A stretch of DNA of 64,000 nucleotides from Dicyema japonicum (GCA_011109175.1 RDEW01000065.1:143984-207983); one strand, 5' to 3'; counted from the first letter of the stretch, positions 23,340-35,750 are shown. Notes: a model not told the origin generated them from the letters alone. Made by a program: numbers and translations.

Positions 23340-24040
23340 TGCCCCTATCCTACAAGGATGACTGACAAGGACGGACTGTCTCTGTGTGGGGACGTCGAAC
23401 CCCGGCACCCTAAAGATCATGAAAATAAATGTAAACGGGATAAAATGTAAGATTATCGAACTCAGAAACCTTATGGAAAAATATCGAATTGATGTCCTTC
23501 TATTACAAGAATCCAAACTCAGAAGTGCGAACACAACTCCATAATTTCCTGGATACTCAGTTATAAATGTGGAAAACTTGGGGGAGCTCACTAACTATCA
23601 TACAAAAGAAATCTCTTATGAAGATATCACCAATACGTCTACAATCGTCTCCAAAACCATGAAAGTATCGAAATTCTGGCCACAAAAATTTAACACTCAA
23701 GGTTACTTCTTTCTCTGATCAATTCATATCTACCTCCTTCATCATCAGCCACTTGCCCAATACTTTCGTTGATCAGCTCACTAAAGAACGTTCTTATTTG
23801 CGGTGACCTAAACACAAAACATCCGCTTTTTGCTTAGACGTCAAACAGGGGGGGAGATGTGCTAATCGAAAACTTGGGAACCTTTTGCATCCTAAACGAC
23901 CTAACTTTCACACAAGAACTCCCTCAAGACAAATGATAAACCGTCATCCCCTGATAAAATATTAAAAACCCGAGGTCCAGACAATATTTCTACAACAGAA
24001 CTAGAGCATCTGGGACCACTTGCTTTAGATCTAATTGCTT
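23340..24040 (+). mobile_element. LINE 5' fragment: decayed 2A-like peptide followed by APE
   Basis: LSLCGDVE-PG then INVNGI, LLLQESKL, CGDLNTKHP. Confidence 0.7.
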
Positions 24041-24044
24041 ACAT

Positions 24045-24130
24045 CAGGGCTGGCCAACCGGTTGATGACGATCGACCAGTCGATCACGGCGAGTTTTTTG
24101 GTTGATCGAAATTGATTGATTTTTAACGCT
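24045..24130 (+). mobile_element. hAT (Buster-like) terminal remnant
   Basis: CAGGGCTGGCCAAC followed by GATCGA subterminal repeats. Confidence 0.6.
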
Positions 24131-24169
24131 CGATATACAAATTGATAATTATTTTTTTGTATTTATTTT

Positions 24170-27025
24170 ATTTATTTAACACCCAAGACCACGGTAAAAC
24201 CAAAACTAACTATCACGTGATCCCGATGCGCTCCGCCAAAATCCTCATTCTTTCCCGGTGCTCCTCCCTCGTACCCACACAAGCTCGTACAGGGCGGCTG
24301 ACTGTATTTGCAGGGCCACCTTCCCGCATGCCGGAGTTTTGTTTAATGAGGGCCTCCAGAGTAGTCGGTCTGGTTCTATGTCTCCCACAAGACCACCGCT
24401 CCGTCATTCTGAAAGCCTTCTTTTGAACGTCCTCATTTTCTTAGTGTTCGTCCATGATAATGAAGGTCCCCACGAAGCACACGCGTACGAGAAGTAAGGT
24501 TCGATGTATTGCTTGTAAATGTTCATCAAGACTGGGTGGGTACCTGTCTTCCATATTCCAGATAAACATTTTAATACATTGATCCTCTTCTCGCACTTCA
24601 GAACAATGTTTGCCACGTGTGGTGACAAACATAAGTGTGTATCCAGTGTCACGCCCAGGATCTTCTGACATTTGGTGAAGGGGATTTCAATGTTGTCCAA
24701 TTTTAACTTGACAGTCATCTTCCCCAACCTTTTGTCCGAAGTAAACATAGACGTGACCGACTTTCTGGAATTTATCGTGAGTCGGTTCTTCATTACCCAG
24801 GCGTTGAGTCGGTCCAGGTTAATTTGTAATCTTTCTGTAGCATTTTGGATATCCCGATCACGCGAGGCCAAAACAATGTCGTCCGCATATGTGAGTAGAA
24901 CATCGTTATTGGATTCCGGTGTCGGAGGTCTGCCAGGTATAAATTGAATAAGGCGGGGATAAAGGAGATCCTTGGGGGACACCGTTTGGGAGAAGACGTG
25001 AGACTGATTTCAGTCCTCCGAGGCATACACTTCGTCCACTTAAGAAATTTGTTATCCAAAGTTTAAGCTTCCCCGGGATCTCGGACTGGAAAATTTTCTT
25101 TGATAATATTTTTCTCGAAATAGAATCAAAGGCCTTGTTAATATCAATGGAACATAAGACTGTCTTCAAATGCCTTGGTTTGTTTGAAAAACCATCTCTA
25201 ATGAAGTTGGTTAATTTCTGTAGGTACGTTGATGTAGAACAATCGCTCTTGAATCCGTGTTGAAAATCCTTTTCTGGTAAGAAAGCCTTGATTCTCCCAA
25301 GCACAAGCCTTTCCAGGATTTTCGATATGGAACATAACAATGACACAGGTCTAAATGATGCCGGATCTTCCTTAGGTTTTCCAGGTTTCAGTATAGGTCG
25401 GATGTTGGCTTGCTTCCATAACAACGGTATTACATTACAATTAATTGAATAGTTATACACCGACGTTAGAAAACCGACTCCAATATCTCCAAGGTTCTTC
25501 AATAACACTACTGGAATGTTGTCGGGACCGGCAGAGTACGTTGTTCTTGTAAAATGCAGCGCATTCTTCACGTCTTCATCCGAGAAGTAAACTGGGTTAG
25601 AATCCTTCTTCAGTTTTCTCCATCAAGAGAGGAGCACTTCCGACTTCCTGTGTTCCTTGTACGAAATTTTTGTGTAGAATTTTATCAAATTGTTAACGTC
25701 TCGTTGAGTATAGTCATCCTCGGGGGAAGTTTCTTCTCCCTTTGCAACATTTCGGATGGCTTTCCACACTTCTCCGGTACTACGGTTGCGATTTACCTTT
25801 GTAAGAATCCGATTCCACTTCAATTTCTGGGCCTTGAACTCTCTGGCCTTTATTTCGTTGTTTAGAGCTCTGATCCGGAGTTTCGTTTTTAATGTGATCC
25901 AATTAGATTTTTTGAGGTGATTTCTTTCTTTGATCAATGCCGACTTCCCTCGACCATTAGAGGAGTTTAGACGATGCTTGGGAATAGCCAATGATCTTGC
26001 TTCTAGAATTGTGCAAGTAAAGTATTTGATCGCTTTTTCTAGCGATTTGAAGCTGACAAAGTAACAATTCTTCAGTCTATCATCAGAGATTGCGCGATAC
26101 AATTCCCAATTAGCAGCTTTGTAGTTATAACTAGCAGGTGTTCTCCTCACTCTGACTTCTCTCATGACTTTCATCACAATTGGATTATGGTCGCTACTTG
26201 TTTCGTAGAGGACTGACCAATCAATTTTTGATGAAAGCGACGATGAGCAGAGTGTTACATCCGGTGAAGTAAGCTGATCCGTCTCTCTTAGTGGGATCCT
26301 TGTATTTTTCGCTGGATCGTTCAGTATCGTTAGGGAGTCCGATTTCAATAACAATAGCTTCCCTCTCGTGTCGGCCTGTTGGGTTGACAACCATAATGGG
26401 TGCTTTGCGTTTAAATCTCCACGTATGATTATCTCATCGTAGATAGCCAATCTTGATAGATTTGGAATAACATAGTCCTTTGGGCAGGAGCCGGAGGAGG
26501 CAAGTAGATATTCACGAGGGACATATTTCCTTTCGTTGTCCCAAGCGAGATTCCAATTGCCTCAGTAACCTCGTCATTTCCAACAAGTTTCCTCACTTCC
26601 GAAGTAATGTCTCTGCATTTCAGGTTCTTTTTGAATAGAGTAAGTAGTCCACCCCTCTTCTCTTTTTACGGTCCATCCTGATTGCCTCGTATCCAGGGAA
26701 TGAAGGAGTGGAATCATGCATGCGGAGTTTAGTTTCTTGAATCATGGCCACGTCGATCTTCTGATTTGCCAGGATAGACCGGAGTTCCCTGACCTTTCCT
26801 TTAATTCCGTTGATGTTTATTTGGAGAGCAGTAAATTTCTTTTCTCAACAGAGGGCTGAGGGTTTTGGCCGGAAATGTTTGGACTATCTTGAAACACATC
26901 GCCTGGGGTCGATAATGACCCCGGGGGAAGGGTCTAATGGTCCTTTTCGGGAGGGTATTAGAAGCCCTCTGGGCGTTGCCAAATCCTTTTGAATTTTTTG
27001 AATTGGTGGACCACATAACGCCACG
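24170..27025 (-). mobile_element. Near full-length single-ORF APE-RT LINE (no gag ORF, no RNase H; Ingi/Vingi-like organisation), frameshifted, with structured 5' end
   Basis: LQININGI, IQETKL, GDLNAKH, SDHNP, GPDNIP, FRPVSLL, DINKAFDS, GVPQG, YADD, ILGVTLD; 5' pseudoknot motif 26939-27022. Confidence 0.85.
26939..27022 (-). ncRNA. Candidate HDV-like-topology pseudoknot (putative ribozyme) at the LINE 5' end
   Basis: P1 GGCGTT/AACGCC, P2 GGTCC/GGACC, P3 CCAA/TTGG, P4 GAGGG/CCCTC, J4/2 CCGAAAA; compensatory changes versus other copies. Confidence 0.5.
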
Positions 27026-27204
27026 ATACAACTCAAGATTGAGTATACCACAAAGTATTAAAAATCAAGCTAATAATTTTAAATGAAATATAATATAAAT
27101 CTTATAGTTTTAATATAATATAAATAATATAAGACTCGATTATTTATTCGTCTTTAATTTTTTACATGACAATAAGCTCCTCGATAACCATCGCCTCCTT
27201 GATC

Positions 27205-27252
27205 AGAAAAATCGCCCAAAAGGGGCGATTTGCCCCTCGTTGAAAACCACTA
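27205..27252 (-). mobile_element. hAT terminal remnant
   Basis: Reverse complement reads TAGTGGTTTTCAAC with GGGCGA/TCGCCC subterminal motifs. Confidence 0.5.
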
Positions 27253-27454
27253 GACAAGCTAAAGGGGTACTTCTCAGCTTATTTTTATTGTTTGTATTGG
27301 AAAGCTTCTTTTTATTGTTTGTATTAGCCTGACACCTAACCACCCCGCTAGTATATTGTAGACAAAAAAATATTTGTAGACAAAAAATCAAAAAATTAAT
27401 TAATAAAAAATAAATTAATTGTATGAAATAATTAATTAAACATTTAATTTTTAA

Positions 27455-27635
27455 CGATGGCGTCACTGGATCCACCTTACTGTGGAGGCGCCCAATGACT
27501 GCCCGGCATCAAGAGGATCCAATAATTCTTCCACGGGGACAACGTCGTTACCTGGTGACAAGTTCTGGAATACTGGAACGAGTCAGGATCGAGGAGTTAG
27601 TTAGTTTGGTTACCCTTGGTCTTTGGAAATAATTT
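27455..27635 (+). mobile_element. Short non-autonomous retroelement starting at the pseudoknot motif
   Basis: Second copy of 11796-11970, flanked by AT-rich DNA. Confidence 0.75.
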
Positions 27636-28799
27636 TATTTTTTTAATTTTAACTAAAAAATTATCATATATTGATTTTGTTGCAAAAAAGTGTCGGTCAT
27701 CTATTAGATAAGAACCTTATCTGTGCTCTCAATCATGAGAGCTACTTGTGGGTATTAATGGTTCTTGTTCATTACCTTAATACATTGTTTTTTCAACAAA
27801 TTTTGTTTTGTGTTACGGTCAAAGTAGGTTAGGGTGTGACTATTGTTATATTCCTTGGACAATGGTCATAGTACCTTGGTACCTTCTGGTTTCATTTATG
27901 TTAACCATTCGATTAAGACTGGAATACATAGTGTTTAGATATAAACAGGTTGACGCTAGAGATCTCCCATGTGAAAATCGGAAAGTCGTCATCTTTTTGA
28001 GTCCCCTCTTATTCCCACGATCCAGCCCCGTGGCTCTATCTGAGATGGAAAACCGATAATATTAGTTAGTTAACTGCTATTGGGGGTGTTTGGACTTTTA
28101 AATTACCTCCTGTGAGGTTGATGTGCCTCCCTCTAAGGCCTGTCATGAGGAACTATAAGTGATAACCTCAATTTCCACTCATTTGACAAAACCACCAACC
28201 TTTGAAATTGAAATCTTAAGATTAACCAACGGTGGAATCTAAAGATCCACGAGGAATTGATGACTCATTTGATGATTTCTCAGATGCTTATAGATATTAA
28301 CTGGTTGACTATCCGGGAGAGCATTTTGACTAAAAATGATTACTTTTATATTAGAATGTCCCTTAATGGATTCGCTGTCACTGCTTAAAAGATGAGCTAA
28401 GAGCCATAAGAAAACCTAAGATCACCTGAAAGAAGATTGTAAACCCAATTAATTAGGCGACCCCACCTTCTAGTAGTATCCGGAGTTTCTTCGAGTGGTC
28501 CCTTTCTCCTGTCCCCCGCTAATATTAGTCATGTATTGTGCACAGTTTCAAGTAAGGTTATTAACCACAGTTTCGCCAACAGGAGAGAACTGACACATTA
28601 GCTGACGTCGTTAATTTAACCCCTCCAAAGGAACTTTATAGTCTGAGTCCGTGTGGGGAGATCTCTAACCTCTCCTCCGTAGTTGCAGCCTTAACAATTT
28701 CATATCAGATTTTTCAAAAAATAATTAAAAAAATTTATTAACTTAATTTTTTAACGATAACTCACTAATGCACATTTCACTACCAAAAATTGCACTGTC

Positions 28800-29650
28800 C
28801 GTAAATCATCCATTAGTTTCCCGCCAGTCCCTTCAACTGAAGAATACCGGTGACTCGAAGGAAAATAACCAGGAAACTATGTTTTTATCCTATGCGGACG
28901 ACCTAATTATCGCTGCAAAGATAAATCTCATTCCGTGGCTGTAGCAATGTGACGGGCTATCTGCAAATATGTTATGTGTATCAGCATCTAAATCCCAGTT
29001 CACCATTTTCACTACTGATAGAAGATTTAAGGATGGACTCGAACTGTTTTTTGGAAATATTTCTATCCCTTTTACGCGGACCTATAAGATCATTGGGGTA
29101 GTTTTCGACTTTCTGATGACGTTCTCTAGTCACGTGTAGGAGGTGCTTTCCAAGGGTCTTTGGAAATGGAACATTTTAAAAGCGATCATAAAGAAGAGAC
29201 CCTTCCCCCTGCTACTTGAGTCAACAAGGTCTATCACCAAGTCATTGTTCATACTATTGAATATGCCTGCTCCGCCTGGAGATTTGCCATTCCCTCTGAG
29301 AATTAATCGTTTGAAGTCTCAGGGGGAAAATTATGCACCACACTGACATCTCCATTGGCGGTCTCGTTTCTGATGAAGCGACTTTGAAGAATGGCCAGGG
29401 CTTTTTACATTTTTGCAAGGAACTGGGAAACCAATTCAAGGAAAAGGTGACCAATGCAGAGGAATTTCGGTCGATTATAAAAGTGCACGCCGATTGAATT
29501 CCTATGCAGAAGGAATAGAAGGCGCTTCCGGAGTGCGGTTTGGTTATCAGAAGACCAGACAAAGAGAGTTCGGCTGTTGTTGGAGGCTGGGATCACCTAA
29601 TTAGTTAGTTTTGACCTATCTTTCTTGGAGGTTTGGAGTTAAATAAATAA
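28800..29650 (+). mobile_element. LINE RT/3' fragment
   Basis: LSYADDL; ends CCWRLGSPN* / GGATCACCTAATTAG; homologous to 50490-50740 and 52340-52790. Confidence 0.7.
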
Positions 29651-29819
29651 AAATTATTCACTACTTTATTATTTATCGAACTTTTATTAAATTATATGTA
29701 ATTATTGCCAACCCTGTATAAACTGATGACCAAATTGGTGGCTAATGATGTCAGGAGCTTTGTAGAAGCAAATGGGACTCTCTCCGAGAATCAGTTGGGT
29801 ACTGTGCGAAATTGTCAGG

Positions 29820-30790
29820 GGCAAATCTCAAGACCGTTTGCAGACTGTGGAGGTGGAGAAAGAGTCCCTTGAAAAGACGGAAGATGTAAAGAAGGCTGCC
29901 TGCCTCAAAACAGCCAGTTGTCACACGACGGATGATGTACTGATGTTAGATTTTAGCATAAATAAATCCATTTCTTGGAAACGAGTTTCAGATCATATTG
30001 GAAAAATTACATGTTTGTGCCGAGATAAAGGTGGACTGTGAACAACAAAAATAAGTCAAACATTTGTGTAAATACTGGAGCAATTAAATATACGGATCAA
30101 GTACAATATCAAGCAGTATGTGTGAATTCGAAGGGTTCTTTTAAAGATTACATCAAAGATGGAAGGTTAAAACCGCTTCTACAATTTCACTTGAGTCTGG
30201 AAATTTTTTTCGATTTCACACGGTGGAACACTCGAATAAAAAATGTTGATTTATGCAGATGGAAAAGAGTTTCGAATCATATTGGAAAAATTGTCCACAT
30301 AATAAAACCATTAGAGATAAAGTCCTACCTTTAAGTACAGTTCGTTTTAAGACTGCCGCAACAGAAACATCGAGAATTATAAACCAAATGTGATTTCATT
30401 CAATATTCCATTGATACTGAAAAAAAGTAGGCACATCTTGATATAACAATTCCATACAATTCGTAAGAGGTGCATAATCCAATTCATATATGCGGATGAT
30501 GTAGACTTAGTGTATACTGATAGGGAAACGGAATCTGGTGATAAACATTACAAAAACTGATTATACAAGAATCGAACGAGCAAAATCAAGAAATGATGAA
30601 TGCTGGCGACATGCAAAAAAACTCGGATCACTACTAGGTGACCTCGAGGACATTTGTCGAAGAAAAATGCTTGCTACCATATATTTCAAAAATGTACAAA
30701 ACCTGGATAGAAAGAACCATGTATCACTGAAACTTCGTGTCAGACTATACATGTCTGTTAAGCCAATATTGCTATACAATTCAGGAAAAT
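29820..30790 (+). mobile_element. Mosaic of decayed R4-like, two-ORF-LINE and RTE-like fragments
   Basis: SQDRLQTVEVEK; ISWKRVSDHIGKI; YADD, KKLGSLLGD, KPILLYNS. Confidence 0.6.
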
Positions 30791-32199
30791 AAGGAATTTC
30801 GAGAAAAAAAATTTAGACTTCAGGTAATAGGGAATAGAAGACAATATTAGAACTTTCAAATGACCCATGACTGCAAAGAATACAGAACTAAATCTTTCAT
30901 TTTCAATAATTGGACAAATCAAATGGTGAAGAACAATGCACATTTATAGGTTACCCAAATATATATTATACACTTTGATAACAGCCTTCAACACTCTTTG
31001 ATAAATCCAATAATATATAGAATATTTAATATATGAAAATAAAATACAACAAAATAATAAGAATCTACAAAAAAATATAAAAAACAAGCAACCACAAGAA
31101 CGTAAAACGCACGCAGATTATTAACTATGTATTATATAGGTTTCCCATACTTTAAAACAATTTTTATAAATAAATGAATATTAAATTAATTAATGGAACT
31201 TTCGCAAACGCTACCTACTATTAGAAAATAAAATGATTTCTTTCGTATTTAATTGACACTGGGTTCCAACACAATAATTAAACCACATGACGTCACCATT
31301 CTAACAAGATTACATTTTTGGTCAGAAGTATTTGAAGATGGATTTGGTCAGCACATGTTCTCCCTTTGGTTCTTTCCTTGGATTAGTTAGTTATGACTGT
31401 TTCTGCTGGGCTTACAATGGTATGCCTGTGGTTAATAATAATAAAAGATTACGTTCACGAGATCCCCGAAGATCTTCGGCATCGTTTTCGACACGTTAAT
31501 AACATTTATTCATCACGTTGGTGACCAAGGCTCCGAAAGTGAAAAATCCCTCCCCAATGCTGATCTTCCGATCCGGAGGACCTGCTGAGAAGGATGTAGT
31601 AAGAAAAATCCTAATTTGCCAATTTAGCTACAAGACAACAGTTCACTATTTCTCGAAGAACCACTTCCGTTTGTAAGTGATCTTAAAATCTTACACTAAT
31701 GATGGAAGATATTGTTCTTAAAACTTCAAGGTCGGAAAAATATTGATAAGTTCACAGCTAATAGTCGCTTGTTATCGACGAGGTAAGCCTTGACAATTAC
31801 CAGTGTCTGATGGTATTAGAGAACAAATCTAGTGAAATAGTAAGCGATGAAGTTTTAAAGTATAAACAGGATAAAGTACAAAGACGTGTTAAAATGTTAG
31901 ACAAAATTAAATTTAAGGCAATTAACGAATAGCTTATCTCCGACAACTACTATATTGGATTGTTGGATCTATAACATTTCCATGTAGTCATCTTTTACCT
32001 TTATTAGTCTCGAACAAGTGGAAAACAAATATTATTTGTACAGTAGTTAGTCACTCAAACGCATAATCTAATAACTGTATTACCGTATCGTACATTGATT
32101 CATTCATGTCGAATAGTCTATGTGAAGAAAGAAAAAAAAGAGAAAAAGAAAGGAAAATCAGAAAAGAAAATGCAGAAAACTATTCAGGCTAAGTCTGAC

Positions 32200-35180
32200 T
32201 CTGCTCAATGTTTTGCTATGGATCATGCTACACTCAAAGAATTACTACTTTCCTGCGAAATCAAAAGAGCTGTGCGAGTCTTGCGGATATTGCAACGCGA
32301 GGAAATACGGTTTGAATTGTACATCTTGCATTTCCACTTCGGGTGTGTCCGAAATTCGATATTGGCTGCCAGATCTCTTTACAAATGGGACTGCGCATAC
32401 TGTATGGATTGCGACCCCGCTCAGTGGCTCCATCAGTCATCCCTCTTACTCTTATTCTGGACAAATCGAACCATTTTTGTCACGCCTATCGGAGAGTCGG
32501 AAAGGTAGACGGATTCCACTGAGAATACCAAAGGTCGCTTGAATTCCAGCCTGCTGAATGCCTCACGTCATTAATTGATAAAGCCATCAGCATCAGTGAC
32601 CAGGCCTCTTGGATACGTCTACTAAGCTTTGCATCTATGACCCTTGGAATTTCTGCCTCAAAGCAAGCTCGCAACGGATCACTGGCCTCAAAAATCAAGA
32701 AGAATACTTCTGCCTTTTTGGTCACTTCAATGCAGCAAAACTCTGGAACCGAGCCTGAGCAAGTACTTAGGTGCAAACAGTTGTCTACAGAAGCTGGGAG
32801 TAAACAAGAAGATTCTAAAGCATTTAGAGAGAGAGAGAGAGAGAGTGAACCGAAAACTAATGAAAGTAGACGTGTGCGCAGCTGTAAAAGTGGTGTCTTG
32901 TGACAAAACGCTGTTGAAACCGTGCCGTGAAGTCTTGGAGTTATTGAGAAGGAAGCACCCTGCTCCACCACCGAACCAGCGGAACTTGACAATGCAGAAG
33001 ATCTCCCGGCATTTACTCCCACGGAATTTGAAATAGTGCGTTGAATAAAGTATTTTGCACCCAATAGCTGCGGAGGCCTGGACGGACTGCGCCCAAGCCA
33101 TATAAAGGACTTAACCTCTGAAGCTACTGCTGAAGCCTGCCGTGCTTGTTAACGTCTATCACCTTGCTGCTCACTCGAATAGTTAATGGTGATTTTCCAA
33201 AATTTGCTAGAGATCTTTTTTGTAAACATCTATTGGCATTCTGAAAAGGAGATGGAGGTGTCCGCCAAATTGCGATCGGTACATACTTTCGAAAGCTTGC
33301 TGCTAAAATCGCTGCCCGGAGAGTCTCCCACAATGTTGCTGAAAAGTTGTTCCCGACTCAACTTGAGGTGAGAGTGACCGGTTGCGAGGCAGCAGTCTAC
33401 GCCGCGAGGAGTTACTTCAACAACAATAATTCCCAGACCCAAAGGCTAGGCCTGAAGCTTGATATATCAAATGCGTTCAACGTTGAGGAGAGACTGTATT
33501 TTGGAAACCTGTCGGAAGAGAGCTCCAGAGATTGGCGACTTATACACTTATCGTATTGGACGGACTCAGCCTTAGTTTACGGAAACGATATCGTTTATTC
33601 ACGCACAGGCGTTCAGCATGGAGACCCTCTAGAGCCTTTGCTTTTTGCAATGACAATTGACACAGTGGCACGAAACATAAACTGTGAACTCAACTTGTGG
33701 TACTTGACGACGCTACAATAGCTGGCCCATGGGAAAACGTATATCAGGATATTTCTTCAACCATTCCAGCTCTAAACGAATTGGGTTTAAGTGTCAACGT
33801 TATGAAATCGGAACTTATCAATATTTCCTGCTCATCTCCAAGCTTTTCTACTGCCTGCAAGAATTCAGATCCCTACTTCCAGGTTTCAACATATCCTCCT
33901 TGGACAAGCACACTTCCTTGGCTACCCTCTCGGAAAACTGCCTTACCAGTAAGGATAATGAAGTTGAAGCCTTTACAAAGAGAGTATCATCTTTGGATCC
34001 ACCCACATGTGTCTTTCTTTTTGCTCAAGAAATGTATTTCGATGTCGAAGATGATGTACATTTTGAGATGTTCACCATGTTTTGAACATCGGAATGCACT
34101 ATTGTCGGCTGATGGGACTCTGAGACGATCGGCGGAGTCAATACTGAATGTCAAATTCGATGATCTGGGCTGGAATATGTGCAAAGAACCTGCGAGAAAT
34201 GGGGGTATTGGGTTGAGATCCCCCCTTGAAGCCGCCCTGCCTGCCTACTTTTAATCTTTTGCGAGCTGCAGTCGCTTGGCCCAAGCAGTCCTACGTGACG
34301 CAACCGGACATACCTTGGACTCGGAGCTTTACAGAGTTTGCAAGTTGTGAGGTGAGTTGGACTTGGAAATCCCGTCGAATTTCGCTTGCCAGAATAGTTG
34401 GGACTCAATTGCATGTATGAGCACTCTGGAGGCCGCGAAGAAAAGCGCCAACCAACACCGACTAGCAAGCATTAAGTCGGCCGCACATCGCGGAAATGGA
34501 GTCTGGCTCGAGGCCCTACCGTGCCCACATCTGGGGACCCTCCTTGACGAAAACAGCCTGAGGATCGGGTGGCACTGCGCCCAGGACTGGACATATGCCA
34601 GAGACACAAACGCCGTCGCGGTGGGAACGTTGATACGAAAGGCTTACATCCACTCTCTTGCCGACGAAGTGCTGGTCGAGCCCCGCGCCACGCAGCCCTC
34701 AATGACATCATTTTTCGAGCCCTCAAGGCTGCGGGATTTCCGGTTTAATTGAAACCATTGGGCTTAGACAGAGGCGACAAGAAGAGGCCGGATGGAATGA
34801 CGTTATTCCCATACTCCCACGGAAAATCACTCGTCTGGGACGCAACGTGTGTGGACATCTTTTCAGGAGCCAGATTGCTGACGGCGAACGCACTCTCCTG
34901 GAGACGCATCCGACCAGGCGGAGGACAAGAAGATCCATAAGTACGAATCCCTCGAGACCATTACCATTTCGCCCCCATTGCTGTGGAGACAACTGGAACT
35001 GTAGGCGCGAAGACGGACGCTATTCTCCACAGCATTGGAAGCAAACTCGCCTCAAAAAGGTGCGAGCCACGGGAGGGACTCTGATTGAGGCAGAGGCTCG
35101 AAATGGCGATTATCAGATGTAACACATTCGCCATTCTGTCGTCCTAATTATTGTCTAAATCAATTTATTTGTTGAATAAA
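32200..35180 (+). mobile_element. Near full-length but frameshifted CRE-clade non-LTR retrotransposon with N-terminal PHD finger
   Basis: [74 protein letters not shown]. Confidence 0.85.
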
Positions 35181-35419
35181 TCATTTTAGTCTATGTGATT
35201 GGTCCAAAAAGTTTTCAACACAGGATGACATTAATATGCAATCATTGAGATTATGATTCTAATTCAGATGTAAATCTCTATCCAAAAAATATTTTCAAAG
35301 AAGGCATATAATTTTATTTTGCCTATTATTAATGGTTTAATGCGTGAGAAGAATCGTTAAGGGCGAAGCTGAGTCTCACTTTTCTACAAAAACTAAACAC
35401 AGCTCAAAACTGTCTTGAA

Positions 35420-35750
35420 AACATCGTGGCACAGTAGTCATTGCTTTCATTCGTGTCATTATTAGTTATGGGTTCGATTTCAAACAGCCACCGACCTGGC
35501 CAAAGGATTTTCTACTGCTCTGTGCCTTCTTAAAATCCTAGTAGGAGTCATGCGATCAACCTGTCTCAGAAGGCACCCAATGTCTGGCCGGCATTTAAAA
35601 ATGATCACTATTTTCCCTACCTTATTGAATGGGTTTTTAAACTGTAAAATGCTTGGAAAGGAGTGGTCCTACTGCTACTTTGGGAAACGGATATACCATA
35701 ATCAGAGGTTAATAATCCTTAACCTCTTTCCGATTTTTTCATAGCTAGTA
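35420..35750 (+). mobile_element. tRNA-headed SINE-like element containing the pseudoknot motif (35544-35606)
   Basis: A-box-like GTGGCACAGTAG, B box GGTTCGATTTC, core GATCA..GGCACCCAATGTC..TGATC; related head at ~61175-61270. Confidence 0.55.

Noticed and set aside
24045-27252. Single hAT element enclosing the LINE
   Set aside because: The two hAT-like ends differ (CAGGGCTGGCCAAC vs TAGTGGTTTTCAAC) and there is no 8-bp TSD
32486-33101. Long minus-strand ORFs (192 and 124 aa) as genes
   Set aside because: Antisense to the CRE element ORF and contain the (GA)n microsatellite; no motifs
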